Below, piece after piece: positions 25,405 through 40,215 of a stretch of DNA of 64,000 bases. The notes beneath the pieces were generated by a model. It had not been told where the DNA came from. It was given only the letters and a program-made list of their open reading frames with translations, and searched no databases. The translations under genes and the position numbers were made by a program. Source of the DNA: Girardia tigrina (Eukaryota); contig MQRK01232961.1 of assembly GCA_001938485.1 (NCBI GenBank), positions 1-64,000 on the forward strand, given 5' to 3'. Each line of letters starts with the position of its first letter. Position 1 is the stretch's first letter.

Positions 25405-27270
25405 AAACATGCGTAAGTTCGAATTTTTGTTTAAATTTTCCTTTCCTGCACAAAACGTGCTGATGAAATATCGATTAAGGAAAGGGGTTCAGTGTAAAAA
25501 AGAAATTCATAAATGTCTTAAAACCGCAGAATAATAGTTTTTCAGAACATAATTCTTGAATATAATTATTTAAATCAATTATCAATGGTTATAATGAACA
25601 AAATTAAAAAAAAATTATTAAAAAAGATCAAATACTTGAAGCATTAGATAAATACAAAACATATTTAAAATAAAAAAAGATAATTAATTTCTAAGCAATC
25701 TGACATTAATTATTTATTGTTCAAAAATTAGAAAATAATCGGAAACAAAAACTTAAGTATTAAATTGCAATTTTTTAAGCAAATTAAATATTTACCGAAC
25801 ATGTTCTACCAAATATTTTTAATTAAATATTCTTGAATATTTGTAAGGTACTTCTTGCCAGTTTTTCCATTGACTTTAGATGCATAAATATAAAGCCAAT
25901 GTTTTCATAGATGTTAATAGACTAATTTTTAAAACATAATTCAAAACCAACCGATTCATTCATTTTTATATTAATTATATAATAATATCCCTTAATACAT
26001 TAGTGGGTCACAAAGGATGGAATATTCCACACATGCTTGATGTTAAATTTATTAATAAATTTATTTTAATTAACATGTATAATTGTTCAATTTTTAAGAA
26101 GTTAAGTATAATTTCATTAAATATGAAGTTGTATAAAATCTTTTTGATTGGAAATAAAATGATAAGAGAAAGAATAATGAATGAATTTTAACTATCTTTC
26201 CTTCAAATATTATAATTGATCTTTATTTAATTCATTTCGATCATTCTTTTTGAATTTGGAATGTTTTTGAATGTTGCATCAAGGATATAAACTTTCATGG
26301 AAAATTGATAGTAATTTATTAAACTATTGATAAAATATTACTGGACTTCTTCTTTTAAACTTTTTTAATTCAACTCCAATGATTACAAACTAATGGGATA
26401 TCACATTACAGCCAGACATTTGATCTTATAGCTGAAAATTAATGCCCTTAGCACATTATACCTAAAAACGGGGGAACACAACTGAATCTATTACCGATCT
26501 ATTCGAAAAGGCGGTTTTTGGATTAAATTGAAAGGCAATTTTCTCTATAAAATATTATATTTTTCGTGTATTGTATCACGTATATTTTTATCATTGCAAA
26601 ATTAGTAAAATTTGACAACAAAACTATACTTTTTCGATGTTAAATACGATTACGAATATTATAATACTTAATATTTATTAATTATTCATACTGATTGTAT
26701 TACTTTAATTTCTTTTTGGAAAGCCTTATTATCAATTACCAAAAACGATCTTTAGATGAAAGATAATTATTTTTTAATAAATAATTAAATAAATTAATAA
26801 TTTCATCATTACATTAAAAACATCGAATTGCGTGATAAAAGATAATATCTTTTCATTTAATATTCTCTGGCAGCCATTTTTACGAAATACTTTCTCACGA
26901 TCAATTTTCTATTAAAGTTCTGTAGACAACGGAAGTTTATTCGGAAGGATTTGAAAATATATTTTATTTTCATTAACAAACTAATAAACTTAATAACTTA
27001 AGGAAATTTTATCAAAGAAGAATTATTGTTAATTTATTTACAAATAAAAATTAAAAGAAATAATTTTTTATTATATATTTTCTATTTTTGTTTCTTTATA
27101 TACCATTTCTTTATATCTTAAATTAATATGTATAATACTTATTTCTATTTAAATATACTTTGTAGATATTTATTTTGTTTGTTTTAATAGAAAATTTACT
27201 TGTATGTAATTTTAATATATCTTATCTATTGATTTAAATAAGTATAATCATACCAAAAAAATTTTTGGCG

Positions 27271-27631
27271 TACAAGCTTTTATAATTTGTCATATGTTTG
27301 CGGTTCTGTATCTATTTCACCCACTTCCCACATTTTTTTGACTGAATTATCAAAGCCTACTAGGTGAAAACCCGCTTTCTATTTGCATTTAGATGTAGCA
27401 AATTTCAAAGCCTACTACTGAGGAAAACATGAGAACGACACTTTAATTACTTTTTGAGACCAAACTAAAGGTAGTAGATGAGCAGTGACAGTGAAAAAGT
27501 GTATTGTCACCTAGAATACATCAGTCCTGAGAGTTTCATGTCGTTAGGTGAATGGGAAGTGGGTGAATTTTCGATCGCAAGATTTGATGCATCCAGACAG
27601 ACAAACAAATGAAGCGTACTTAAAGCTTGTA
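27271..27631. mobile_element. Non-autonomous inverted-repeat element, Helentron/DINE-like
   Basis: Terminal IR tacaagcttt/aaagcttgta, perfect internal 15-bp IR ttcacccacttccca (27316-27330 / 27553-27567), and a cagacagacaaaca microsatellite before the right end. Confidence 0.65.
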
Positions 27632-30600
27632 AAAAACAGAAATTCGAAGATTTTAAATAAAAAACATGACTGACAAAAATTCTATATCCATCATTAATAT
27701 ATAATTAAGTAATTAATAATAAATAAAGTAATTATTATTGTTCTTTATATTTTCCTTTCTTTTTCTACTTTTTTATTTATTTTTTTATTGTGGTCAAAAT
27801 AATGATTCCTTCAATTTAAGTACATCGTATTTAGTCAAAATAAATTTGCATTTCCCTTTCATATTGAAATATGACGGCGGAAGTTAAATGTATATAATTT
27901 TAGGGTACTGATTAGACAAAGTTTCATTTTCAATGCTTTGGTTCTCACAATTTCGAAATTCCTTGTCTTCCGTTTACTTAAATAATTTTAATCAAAAACA
28001 GATTATAATATATGTATGGAAAATTTTACTCAAATTATATATTTATTATACAACAACATTCAAACAAATTTTCCAACTATTTGCTTAAGTAATAATTAAT
28101 CAGCTGATCTTTATTTTCAAATAATTTTTCATCCATCAAATCAAAAATAATATTCATCTTTTAAAATTTTAAATGAAAATATTTATCAAAATGATTTTAT
28201 ATATATTTAATGTTTTAAAAATATTTATTGTTTAAATTTGTTTTTTTACTTTAATCCTTTTAAATTTTTTTTTCTAATTTTGCGTTGTTCTATTATTTTA
28301 GAAAGAATAAAAATACGTTAATTTTTTTATTTTTTAATCATATGAATAAATTAATTTAAAATTTGAAAATACATTTTTGCAAATATTAACATTTTTTAAT
28401 CGGATTTAAATTATTTTAAAAATACTGTTTTATTTGTTATATGTTTTGATCACTCATTTTTTCTATCAAAATACTATTTTGATTCAAAATAAATTTATAA
28501 ATAATGTCCTTAAATTCAAATTTAAAATACTTAATTAATTCTAATTAATTTTTAAAATTATCAATTTGATTTTAATTCAGAATAATCTGTTTTAAAAATA
28601 TTAGAATTTTGATCAGCGAACCAAAATTAATAACCTCCTCAAAATTTAAAAATTTAACATTATAATATTTTGTTACAGTTTAACTTTTTAATAAGAGAAA
28701 CCAAGAAAAATCTATATATTTTAAATTATATAATAAAGGTCAAAACATAGTAGTCTAAAACATAGTAAAATGTCAAGATTAAGAAATACCACAAATTTAA
28801 AATACAAAAATGAGATTAATAAAATTAGCTTTTCCACACTTTTACTAACTTATTTCTTTCTAAAATAATTCTTTAATCAAACCAAAACAGAACTTAAAAT
28901 TTGATCTTTGATCCTGAAAATTCGATATTCATTTATTATGATCGCATTGCTTTTCTCCGAAATCTAAACAATTCATAATTTCTTTTTAATTATAAGTACA
29001 TAATCTTTATAATATATTCGAACCATTTTGTTACTTAAGATGATTTACAAACAAATATCCAAACGAACAACTGTTTGATTTAGGATCTTTCCAGCTGTTA
29101 GAATATTTATAAAAATCCCTCTAATTCGCACTCCGTTTTCTTGTTAGCACATTATTTTCGAATTATACTTATTTTCAACTATGATCTTTATTTCTTTTTT
29201 TCGGTTACAATATATCATTCAGGCAAATTATTGCATCCCTGTCAGAAGAAAATGTTAATTTTTAAGAAATGATCAAAGTCTGAATATGAATTATCTTCTA
29301 TTTATAAAGGAAGTATAAAATGAAGTCCTAAATTCATATATTCATAATAAAATTTATATGTGATCATTCTTTAGAACAGACTTTATTCTATACGAAATGA
29401 CTGTTTAATGTAAATCTTTGACTAAACAATAAAAATTAAATTATAGCTATAGACCCAAACTGCCGTATCTCCAGTATTTTTAATATTGATTTTTTATTGT
29501 TCGGATATTTTTTTCTCTCAGGAGAAAGTCAACGATTTCTGATTCTTTTGGTTTCGGTAAATAAACAGAAAATAAGTTCAAACTCGAATAGTCGGAGAAC
29601 ATTTTCCTTGGAGACATTCTCGAAAACAGCATAGCGATAATATTAACACCAGAACAACTCTGTTCTGGAAAACGACCCAAATCGGCAATTCTCCGCTCCA
29701 GAAGTAAAAGAAAAATAACTGTTCTTTAATCTTAAAGAGTCATTGGTTGTTTGATTTCTGCTGGAGTACTGATCACTTAATTTGTCTTGGTGATAAATCA
29801 TCAATCACAGAAATTTTTATTGGAATAAATAGACCTTCGATGTTCCTATTAATACATTCTTGACCAAAAATAAATATATCATCTGTAAGTTACGGGATGA
29901 TTCCAATTATATAACGTTTTGTTATCGTTAATGAAAAGTAGTCACGATTTTATGAATTTTGGATATTCATTTCTTTTTCTAACTTGCAGTTAATTTTTAA
30001 CAATATTTTTATTGATTTTTTTTATTAATTTTTTATATAGTAATATATTATATATTATATATTATACATTATTATTATTATATTATCACACCTTTTAAGT
30101 GGTCATTTATATATATGTGTGTGTCTATATAAATACATGTATATATTAATGAGCTCCATATTCAAAGTAATGATCAAAACATGACATACTTTGGGTTGTG
30201 CATATGGTAAGAAAATATAGATGTATAGGAATAATTTTATGAAGTTTTTATGGAACTTGATTAAAAACATTTTCCTCAACTCATTTTTTAGCAATTTTTT
30301 GAAATTTCTTGGGAAGATTCTCTATTCTGTCAACTTTCAAAGAATGTTGATGTCTCCTAGAGTTATCATTGAAATAGTTATTATTTATCTGTTAATTTCT
30401 ATAAAACAGTTCTTTGATTCATTGATTGCATGATGATTGCATTTTTTTATTATTGTTTGAATTTTTTAGTGAAATAATTTTGGTAAGAATTGAGAATATG
30501 CCTTTGTCGATGTTTTTCTGATCAAAAAAACTTTGAACAATACGTGACCACTCACAAACTCGTCAATACTTACTCTAAGTGCACAAGAATACGACCACCC

Positions 30601-32042
30601 AACTCACATGCAACCCTACGAATACTCAAAAACCAAAAGATTAACACAATGCAAAATCACCAAAAAAATCTTGTTATTATTAGTTATTTGAATTTTAAAA
30701 AGAATTTTTTTAAACTTTGCTAACATTAAACTCTTATTAAATTCTTTTTTGTTTTAATTTAAAATGAAGAAATTAAAAAAAATTAAATATTTTAAAATAA
30801 TAATAAACTTTAATTCATGTAAATTATCTGTTTTATTGTTAAGTAAAGGAAGTTTTCAAAGTTTTAAAAAAAACTCGTCAATGGAAAATAATACTTCTTA
30901 TACGTCTCTTATAGGATAATCAAGTTAAATCCCTTTGAAAATATATCAAATAACTTCAAGTTCATTTTCTATAAATCGATATAAACAAAAAAAATAATTG
31001 AAAATAAAAAATAAATCAAAGAATTCTTTAAGCTCAGTTGAAATAAACTTTAAAATGTTTTTTTTAAATTACTGAAACTGTTAATAAACGTAAATAGAAA
31101 TAAATAACTATAAGATAATGAAATCATTATAAAGCAAAATTATATGAATGAAAATATCGGTTCGTCTTAAGTATAAAAGGGGAACAATAGATATTGCCTG
31201 CAAAACTGGAAGCTGGCTTTACAAGAATTTCACCTATTGTCAGTTTAGGTCGTAAATAAAGTGTTTTATTGATCTTTTTATTGTCTTTTGTTGTCTTTAT
31301 TTCAAAAGAGCATTACAAATATAAAACATCAACTATAATGAAATATTTGCATTGTCTTTTTTCATATGATTGAAAGTTATCAAAGTCTTTAAAAAAATAT
31401 TTTACTTTAATTAAAAATTTGTTTAACTGTTGAAAACAAAATATTGGTTTAAAAGGTTGCAACAAATAAAAAGAAATTAATTCTTCATTATTATTATTAT
31501 ATTTAATTTAATAATGAATTATTCAGTTTTATAAAAAAACAAATTACAATTTTTCTTAGAAAAAGACAAATCATTTATAAATAATATTTCCTTTTGTAAT
31601 TATTTAAATTATGTTTTACGTGATTAACAATTTTTTTCTTTTATTATTTGATTTATTTAATCATTAAAAGATGTTACATTCGAACAACTCTTTCCTTCTA
31701 AAAATTGTTTCAGATTAGCAATAATACAAGATATACTTTAATAAAGTCCATAAAAAGACAATAAATTATTCATTATTATTAGACACTTCACTGTAAAACA
31801 TTCGTAATCTCAATTCTATTTAATATATAAAAAATATATTTGAAAAATTGAACAAAAAAGACATAAACTTGAAAGGAATTTTAATGTTTTATCAATTATA
31901 AATGGAATACAAAGTAAAACTCAAAACAAAGTTTAATCATATAATATATAAATGTAAAAATTATATTTTTAATCCTTCTTCAATTTTTATTTATAATTTA
32001 ATATTTTTTATATATTAATTTTAATAGAAATATAAATCTCAC

Positions 32043-32081
32043 CGGATTTATACGGCAACTTTTTTACTGGTTCTGTCGCAT
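32043..32081 (-). other. Candidate 39-bp symmetric phase-1 exon (DATEPVKKLPYKS)
   Basis: tttttattactag acceptor and gtgag donor, open frame, GC-richer than its flanks. Confidence 0.5.
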
Positions 32082-32379
32082 CTAGTAATAAAAAATAAAT
32101 TAAATTGTTTTAATAAAAAATAAATTTCTGAATAAATATTTAGAAAAAAAAGAAAATAAAAGAAATAATACGTTTATTTGAAAATATTTTTCTTTGAAAA
32201 CAAAAATGATGACTAAAAAGTGTTTTTATTAATTAATTTATTTAATAAATACTTTGTTTTTCACGAAAAATGGAAATATTTGTCTATTTGTTTTATTATT
32301 TCTTTGCTTAAAATAACTTAATTCAAGACGTAACGTTTTCGATTTCATTTAATAAATAATTTATTAAATTTAAATTTGC

Positions 32380-32830
32380 TATTATCATAATTTAAAGAAA
32401 TTTAAGTTTTGAACCATCAGGGAATTTTGCTGTGTGATATTTTGCAAAGAATCTTCATAAGAATGGAAGTCGAAAGTTTTGTCTATATTTCGCGAGATTT
32501 TTAATTATTTTCTGTAAACCCTTGATAGAAGTCTGTTGGGGATTTGGGTGATGAAAAGAAGAGATTTAAATGATAAGAAATTTTTAAAGACTTTTTATAT
32601 GCTAAATATTTTATTGATTTGTGTCAAAAAAAAGACAAACAAAGATTGAGGATCCCATAAAAATTGGCCAATTTCTTAATTTATTAACATCAAAAAAATC
32701 ATGAACATGGAAATGTTTGTTATTATTCTCCACCATCTTTTTTGTAATAAAATTTAAGATATTTTCAGTTGACTTTAGCAACTCCAGTGGTCTCTTTTTA
32801 CTTCTTATCGTTAGTACTACGTTTTATGTT
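32380..32830 (-). pseudogene. Decayed exon encoding a possible transmembrane segment and cytoplasmic tail
   Basis: ...LELLKSTENILNFITKKMVENN...LRNWPIFMGSSIFVCLFF, a frameshift at a T8 run, then KYLAYKKSLK...SSPKSPTDFYQGF. Confidence 0.3.
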
Positions 32831-34531
32831 CATTTTTTAATGAATTATAAAGAAATTCAACCAAAAAATACTTCTTGTTTTGTTAATTTCTATAAAAACA
32901 TTCTGACGATATTTCAAAAGACATAAATTTAAAATGCATAAAACATCGAAAGATTACAATATTGTCTACTCAACTTTACTCAAATAAAAATACTCAATTT
33001 TATGTAATAAATTCAAAATCATTAAAAAACCCGAAATTATTTTTTATTAATTTACGTAAATTTAACATTTTACTATTTTAATATGATTTTGAATTTGATT
33101 TAATTTTGAATTTTCTTTGTTTTATAATTGGTATAGAAGGATATTCATTTTTTGGTATTATTTCGTTTTGTAAATCATACTAACTTTGAATATTTTTTTC
33201 ATATTTTTAATTAATAGTAAGTTGAAAAAGTGTCTGAATAGATGTTTATGTACGCAATGTATATTTCAGTTCTGAAAATTTACTGTTGAGTTACCATCAT
33301 TTTCTGAAAGATATATACATTTGCTTTTTTTGTAGTACTATTTTTGTAGTACTTTTGCTTATTTAAAAATAAATTTAAAAAACATTATTTTTATTCATTA
33401 AATTAAAAAAATGGGAACTTGATTTTAAAAACAAAAACACGCCATTTGAAAAAAAACATTTATTTTTGCAATAGTACAATAGAACTTAGGGTTTATATCA
33501 CTAACTCGTTTTTTATATATAAGTGTTGCCAGAGGTTTTTTTTATTTGGATGTAGGTTTTCTTGCAGCTTTTATGTTTCGAAATTTTGAAATTGCTTTAT
33601 TATAATATTAATTAGCGATTATAATTTTTAATTTGACGTCTTTCTCTTTGAATGATCACGAATCAATTGTTTTTCAATATTCTCATAATCAGAGTCTTAT
33701 CCAAGTTTGATTGGCAAGATCGCTGAATAATGTTTATCTAGGTATATGTTAAATAACCAGAATAAGAATTAAATTAGGAAAATAAAAAATATTAATTTAA
33801 ATAATAATAATTATTGATAAGCTTCAATCTTGATGAAAATGTATAAGTAAAAACAAAACTTATCCATTTAAAATACATTTAGAGACAATATATTGTAACA
33901 AATCAACTGTAATCCTCAGATCACTGATTAATAAGCCTCCTCCGACTGAACAGATAACTGAGTATTGTAGAGAATACAGTACCAGCATTGGCGTTCAGAG
34001 TAGTGAGTCATAGACTTTGTGTCAGGTAAAATTTAAAAAATTGACAATACAGAGCCTACTAACTTTCTCGCACGGCTTTAGATGCCAGAATGCGAGTTTT
34101 CAGTGCATGGGCATGCTCCGGTTTTCCAGTCCGAAAGGATCAGCCATGATCCCTCTTACTATGGTTCTGTAATCTTTGACTGTGTAAACATATTTCTTAC
34201 AATGAATAAAGAGACACAGAAATATTCACACATCAGTTGTATTACTTAACCAAAAGTCGAGAACGACACTTGGTATTACCCTTGAGTAAAACGGTTTATT
34301 GTATTCTTTTTTTGTGCAATAGACAAAAAGATGTACTTGAGACAAAGAGAGTATTAAACTCTGAAATTACCTCAAGAAATATAAAAGTCAGAGACCGGAA
34401 AAAGCAGTTGATGAAAGAGCGTTTTGCCCGTGATATGTTCTGGTCATTTGGAAAATCTGGTTGAATACCATGGAATGCTTGTATGATAGAGGAACACTCA
34501 ATACTGACGCAGAAGTCAAACACCTGATCAA

Positions 34532-34947
34532 AGGAACTGTGACTGAAAAACTGCTAGTATCGCGGAGGGGCACTGACACATCATGCATCGCCAACGATTT
34601 AAAAGATTTTGTGCATCCTTTATCTACATTATTTTGTGAAGCACTAGAACCACTAGTACTGACTTGGGTTAGATGATCGATCAATAAATGTCACTTAAAC
34701 CACCATTCGTTTTATATGTCTTGTGACAATTTTTCATAGGACATTGGAAAGGTTTGTCACCATTCTGACGCTACGGTGTCATAACCGAATGCACGTTTCT
34801 GATGTGTCTTTTTAGTTCCTTCTGTTCCACAAAAGCTTTGAAACAAGAAAGATACGTGCATTCACTCTTTTGATACGCGGCTGGATTATTTTTGGATACT
34901 TCTTTCCTTGTTTAATCCCTTCTAGCAGTTTTTCAGTCACAGTTCCT
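34532..34947. mobile_element. Kolobok/T2-type MITE
   Basis: Perfect 28-bp inverted repeat aaaggaactgtgactgaaaaactgctag (34530-34557 / 34922-34949). Ends AGG...CCT are flanked by TCAA/TTAA (TTAA TSD with one substitution). Confidence 0.8.
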
Positions 34948-35559
34948 TTAATTTGAATCGCAGGCTATAATTATTGTAACTTACTCATTTCACAACGCAA
35001 CAGCTAACTGATTGCAGCTACCACATGTCGTCAATATACTGCCGAGGTAGTGATTATTAATTGATTTTTCCCTGTATATGAAATGCAAAAATAATGATAA
35101 TGTTGTTGATTTCATCAAATCAGGTTAATCGAAAATTCCCAATAAGCTCGTTGAGACTACCGAATGAACATTGATTTTATGGTAACGTGACATAAGGAGG
35201 AAGAGAAAAGAGCAAGAAGCGACATTGTGAAAGAGCTGAAAATAATTTGATTTGATTTATATGATTCAGGCAGTGAATTTAATTATTGTTTATGTATTAT
35301 TATAGCCATCACTAATTCTAATAATTTAAATAAAAGTAAGTTTACTTCACAGAATAAGAAATTTTAAAAATATTTTCATTTTGATGTTAAAAATACAATT
35401 TTAAATTTGAATAATGTAAATTTATCTAAAGATTAGATCAATATGTTAAAATATAAACCTAAATATTATTCAATAAAACCAAAATTTAATAAATTGTTGT
35501 GATCTGTGAAAAAAATAATCAATCAAAAGTTAGGTGAGGTGAACTATTAAGTTTTGAAA

Positions 35560-36160
35560 CATTAAATGATCATTTTCTTTTCAATAATGAGTTGTATAAG
35601 TGAACTGATGCGGTTTCCATGGATTCACCATTAGCACCAATGGTAGAGTCTGTTTTTCTTTCGAAGATTGAAAATAAAATTAAATTGTTTTCACACTTTA
35701 TTATAAAAAATATGTTGATGATAAATTTTTAGGTTTTAAAAATAAAACATTATACTTTCATTTTTAAATATTACGAATTATTTATATTCAAATGTTGTTT
35801 ATACCGTTAAGAGAGAAACAAATGGAGTCTTATCATTTCTAAATCTTTTATTTAAAAAAAACTTTAGTTACGAGACTGTAATTTATATGATACAAATTTA
35901 TAGAGGTTTATATACTTCATCGGACAGTTTTTGTGAACTAAATTATAAAAGAAACATAATTAGAGGCTAAATTTATCGTTCTTTATCTGTGTTTTAAACT
36001 TTTCCTAAATCATTAGAAAGTTTTAATAAACTAAATTCTTTCTTAAATCTAAATGATTATTTTAAATGTTTTCTTGAAACATTTATAAAGGAAACAGTAG
36101 ATAAGAAATTTTTGAAAATCAGAGTTTTGCTTCTCCTGATGCTGCCAAGAAAGAAATTGA
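35560..36160 (+). mobile_element. PLE reverse transcriptase fragment
   Basis: HFLFNNELYK*TDAVSMDSPLAPMVESVFLSKIE...KKYVDDKF...ETNGVLSFL correspond to the GxxMGSPL and YVDD motifs. Confidence 0.8.
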
Positions 36161-36449
36161 AGTAACATTAGATATTGATAATATGCTTAAATATTCCTAC
36201 AATTTATTTTATTCTGAAATAACAATTTTTATTTTATTTAAATAACAATGCATAAAATTAAAAAAACTATATCAAAATCGCAAAAAATTGAAATATGTTC
36301 AGTATTTAATCTAATACAGGGTGCGGCAGTTATTTGAGAACAAAATGACATAAAGTTCAAAAAATGAATATACAACAGAAAAATAACATTTATTACATTT
36401 TAAAATTTTACATATATTAACACGTACATAAAGGACTACATCATTCAAT

Positions 36450-36871
36450 NNNNNNNNNNNNNNNNNNNNNNNNNNNNNNNNNNNNNNNNNNNNNNNNNNN
36501 NNNNNNNNNNNNNNNNNNNNNNNNNNNNNNNNNNNNNNNNNNNNNNNNNNNNNNNNNNNNNNNNNNNNNNNNNNNNNNNNNNNNNNNNNNNNNNNNNNNN
36601 NNNNNNNNNNNNNNNNNNNNNNNNNNNNNNNNNNNNNNNNNNNNNNNNNNNNNNNNNNNNNNNNNNNNNNNNNNNNNNNNNNNNNNNNNNNNNNNNNNNN
36701 NNNNNNNNNNNNNNNNNNNNNNNNNNNNNNNNNNNNNNNNNNNNNNNNNNNNNNNNNNNNNNNNNNNNNNNNNNNNNNNNNNNNNNNNNNNNNNNNNNNN
36801 NNNNNNNNNNNNNNNNNNNNNNNNNNNNNNNNNNNNNNNNNNNNNNNNNNNNNNNNNNNNNNNNNNNNNNN
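36450..36871. other. Assembly gap (others at 16611-16660, 46067-46122, 57161-57243, 63154-63203)
   Basis: Runs of N. Confidence 1.
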
Positions 36872-36879
36872 TCATCGAC

Positions 36880-37300
36880 TTCCCAGGGTTCTCATCAATG
36901 ACAGATTGGACTCGGCTTACAAATTCTGCATTTCTGATACTGTCCGAACGTCTACAAACTTGTTTCCGTTGCGAAGCTTCAGCCCCATCATGTTATTATT
37001 TTCCCAGCCCCATGTTCTGATATTGATTATAAATATATTTGTAAGATATGAGATGTCACATATATTGGAGAGTGTACACATCTCCCTGCCAACTAATTCA
37101 AGAACATGGTAGAAAAGATTAAGCGTAATATTGTAGAACATTTTTTCTCTATAAAATTCTTGATCAGCTTTTACACAGTCAAAGCTTAAGTGACAGTCAA
37201 AAGACATGAAAAATGCATCATTCCATCTTTCTATTGAGTTGTTTCTTCCTGGTAGATTACCCTCAACTCGATCAGAAAAGTAGAAAAAAATGTTCAAAAA
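36880..37300 (-). mobile_element. MULE transposase C-terminal relic
   Basis: RVEGNLPGRNNSIERWNDAF resembles the MULE motif (L)PRTNNxxEGWHxxF. Confidence 0.55.
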
Positions 37301-38439
37301 ATTTAATTCTACAGTTGTATGTGGCCAGCATTATAAATCTTCCGGAATTTAAATAATTCCTATTTATATTTGTTAATTTATTCTTTTTATTTATAATTTG
37401 TCTGGCAATTTTTTTCTTTTTGAAAGTTTTTTTTCGATTTTTTTTCAAATTTAAAAATCGAATTTCATCAAATTTGGAAATGTTATTAACTAATGTTTAA
37501 TACTATTATTTTTTTGAATGAGCTGATATTTTGTTAAAGAATTTGTATTTTTCAATTGTATGTTAGTAACAATTATTTTTTTTACAAAAATAAGTCATTT
37601 TATCGCGTTTGTCCTACGCTTCTTTGTCGGGTTATGGTAATAATTACTTAAATTATTTTTTATTTTCCTTTTAACTTAATCTTTTTAGGTTAATTATTTT
37701 AAATTATCACGAATCTGATCAAAGACGAATTGATTTGAGTTGAAAACTGTCTTGGGTAGAGGAAGGAAGACATTCAAATATATAACGATAATAACAACAC
37801 ATAAATAGGAATGAACTCAAAATTCCGAAATAAATATTATAAATTATATATCATAAAGTGACTTTAACAACTTCTATGTGTAACATATTTGCAAAAGAAA
37901 GTAATCTTAAAGTATTATTGATTTCTTAGACCGTATAATTTCTGATTTTTATATATTATTTATTATTTTTAATTTGAATATATTTAGATAGTTTTAAATA
38001 GTTGTTTCATTTAAAAAATATTTTAGTCATAAGATTGAATTTGTTATAAATGAAATTATTATCAATTTCTTTTTTGAAAATATCCGGCAGTAGGAGACTT
38101 CTTAATTAATTTTTTTTAATATTTTACTTTTTATATACATTGGTATAAATTTGTATTTATTGATATACAAAACTTTTGAAAATATTATGAATGTTTAATC
38201 AAAATAAGTAATTTAATAAACACATTTCTTTGCAATTTTGAATTCAAATATGTTCTAAAACTAAAGAAATTGAAGATAAATGTTCCGATAACTGCACGTT
38301 TAGCAAAGTCTCTCTAAATGAACAAATCAATAATTTCACACTGACAGAGAATCGAGAATCTCGCAATAGTTTCCAGGTATTCTGAAGGTTGCAAGATAAC
38401 TTTACTGGGAAAAACATCTCATCGAAAAAATAACTTGAT

Positions 38440-38570
38440 CAAAGCTTTAATCTACAACCAATGTGAGAAGCAATGATGTTCTTTCAAGACGGGTATTAGT
38501 AATTGATGCATTAAGTATGTTAATCTTTTTGATGCTATGGGGAAAACTTTCATATCATCTCGACAATTAA
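38440..38570 (-). mobile_element. Possible hAT dimerisation-domain relic
   Basis: VFPIASK(fs)KINILNASITNTRLERTS resembles FPxL..IL..PxTxxxxERxFS. Confidence 0.3.
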
Positions 38571-40215
38571 ACAAATTATTCCCACTGAAATACCATACTA
38601 TTGGTCCATCTGGTGTATAGAGCGCTGTAAATTCTACTAGCTTATTCTTGATTTACTCTAAGCTTTGAGGTATTAATGATTGTCTTTACTGATTGTTTTT
38701 TGGATGTCTTTGATCTAAAATCTTTAGTTCAGTACTATGCAGATTCGAAAAATAATTAACATATTTATCTTCCTGATTCAATTTAACTATAATGTGACGA
38801 TGAATTACGGGATAAATTTTATATATGTAAATATAAAAATAAAAGCGCTCTTTATATAGTAATATGAAATGTTAAGAAATTATTAAACAATTAACACATG
38901 AAAATAAAAGTTACGAAAATTCAAGAATAACATGGAAATTCGAAAAATGTTAAACACACTGTTTTTCTCTTTACAAAAAGTTTCAATCATTTCTCGAAAA
39001 AAATAGTTACCATTTTTTGTAAATTAAATAAAAAATTATTTTATATTTATAATAAAAAAGAAAAAAGTTACACTTAGATATATTTATAGTAAAGTACATT
39101 ATGGGTATATTTTTGTAAATGAACTCTGTAAATTTTTGTGTTGAGAGGCAGCAGTGAGCCAAAAATAAATGTCTAAAAATAACAAAATTGAATAAATAAT
39201 TGAATCAATAATTATTAATTGAATCGAAAAATTTGGATTTGGAATTAGAAGAATAAGAGGTTTCCTAGAAACCATCATCACTTCACCATTTCATTAGCCA
39301 ATTCCCTCAATTTCCAATCAGTGAAAGAAAGTTCCGAGATCCCGAATTATTATTATCCGAATGAAATAATAATTAAACAATTCAATTTTTTCCAACAAAG
39401 ACGAAAATTAAATAGTAATTGTAAACTATAATTATTCCGTCTTTCATCAACCAATCCCTTCAATTTACAACCAGTCAATAATAAAAAAATCAAATATCTA
39501 ATTGGAGACATTCATAATCAAGACGATCTGAGAAAGGCAATAACCTAACAATTCAGTTCTAACGAAAAATAAGGCAAGTAACGTATATTTCTTTAATTTA
39601 ATTGATTTAATTTCCGAAAATTATAATATGTTAATGATGAGTTGAAGTGTATTTGTTAAATGGTCGATGTAGTTCAAGATATAGAGTTGTCTCTCATTCT
39701 TTCCGATTCTAGTTCGAAAGTTTTCCTATGCTCAGCAATATTACTCTTACCACATTACCACGGGCAGTCTCTCCAACGTGTGTTACATTGCAACCATTAC
39801 AAGTATACTGATAAAGCACGTTCAAACAATAACTCGTGGGAGTAGAGGATTTATTTAAAATTATATTTTCAACTTTATCGAACTGAGATAAGATTTTTAA
39901 ATTTAAAAGATTATGTGTTGCTTTAAGAATATAATCATTTAAATGTTTGAATCCTTCAGAGTAAGCTGAGCTTAATACGTACCTCGGTATGAAATAATTT
40001 TTAATCTTAAGATTCTTCTCGACTTTATCCTTTTTTTTAATCCATAGGTGAATTTATTGTCTTAATTTGTGCTCTTTCAATTATTTTGCCTAGAGTCTCA
40101 CAAGTGACTTTCTGAATAAAAGACTAAGAATATTTATTGTTATTCAACAATTTACTCGATGGTTCAATTTTTTTATTAGATTTAGTAAAAGCAGAGTAAA
40201 AGGGTCAAGAACGAT

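Noticed and set aside
36441-36875. 144-aa ORF, and the ORFs at 46015-46257 and 63083-63286
   Set aside because: These are translations of N gaps and (TA)n microsatellites.
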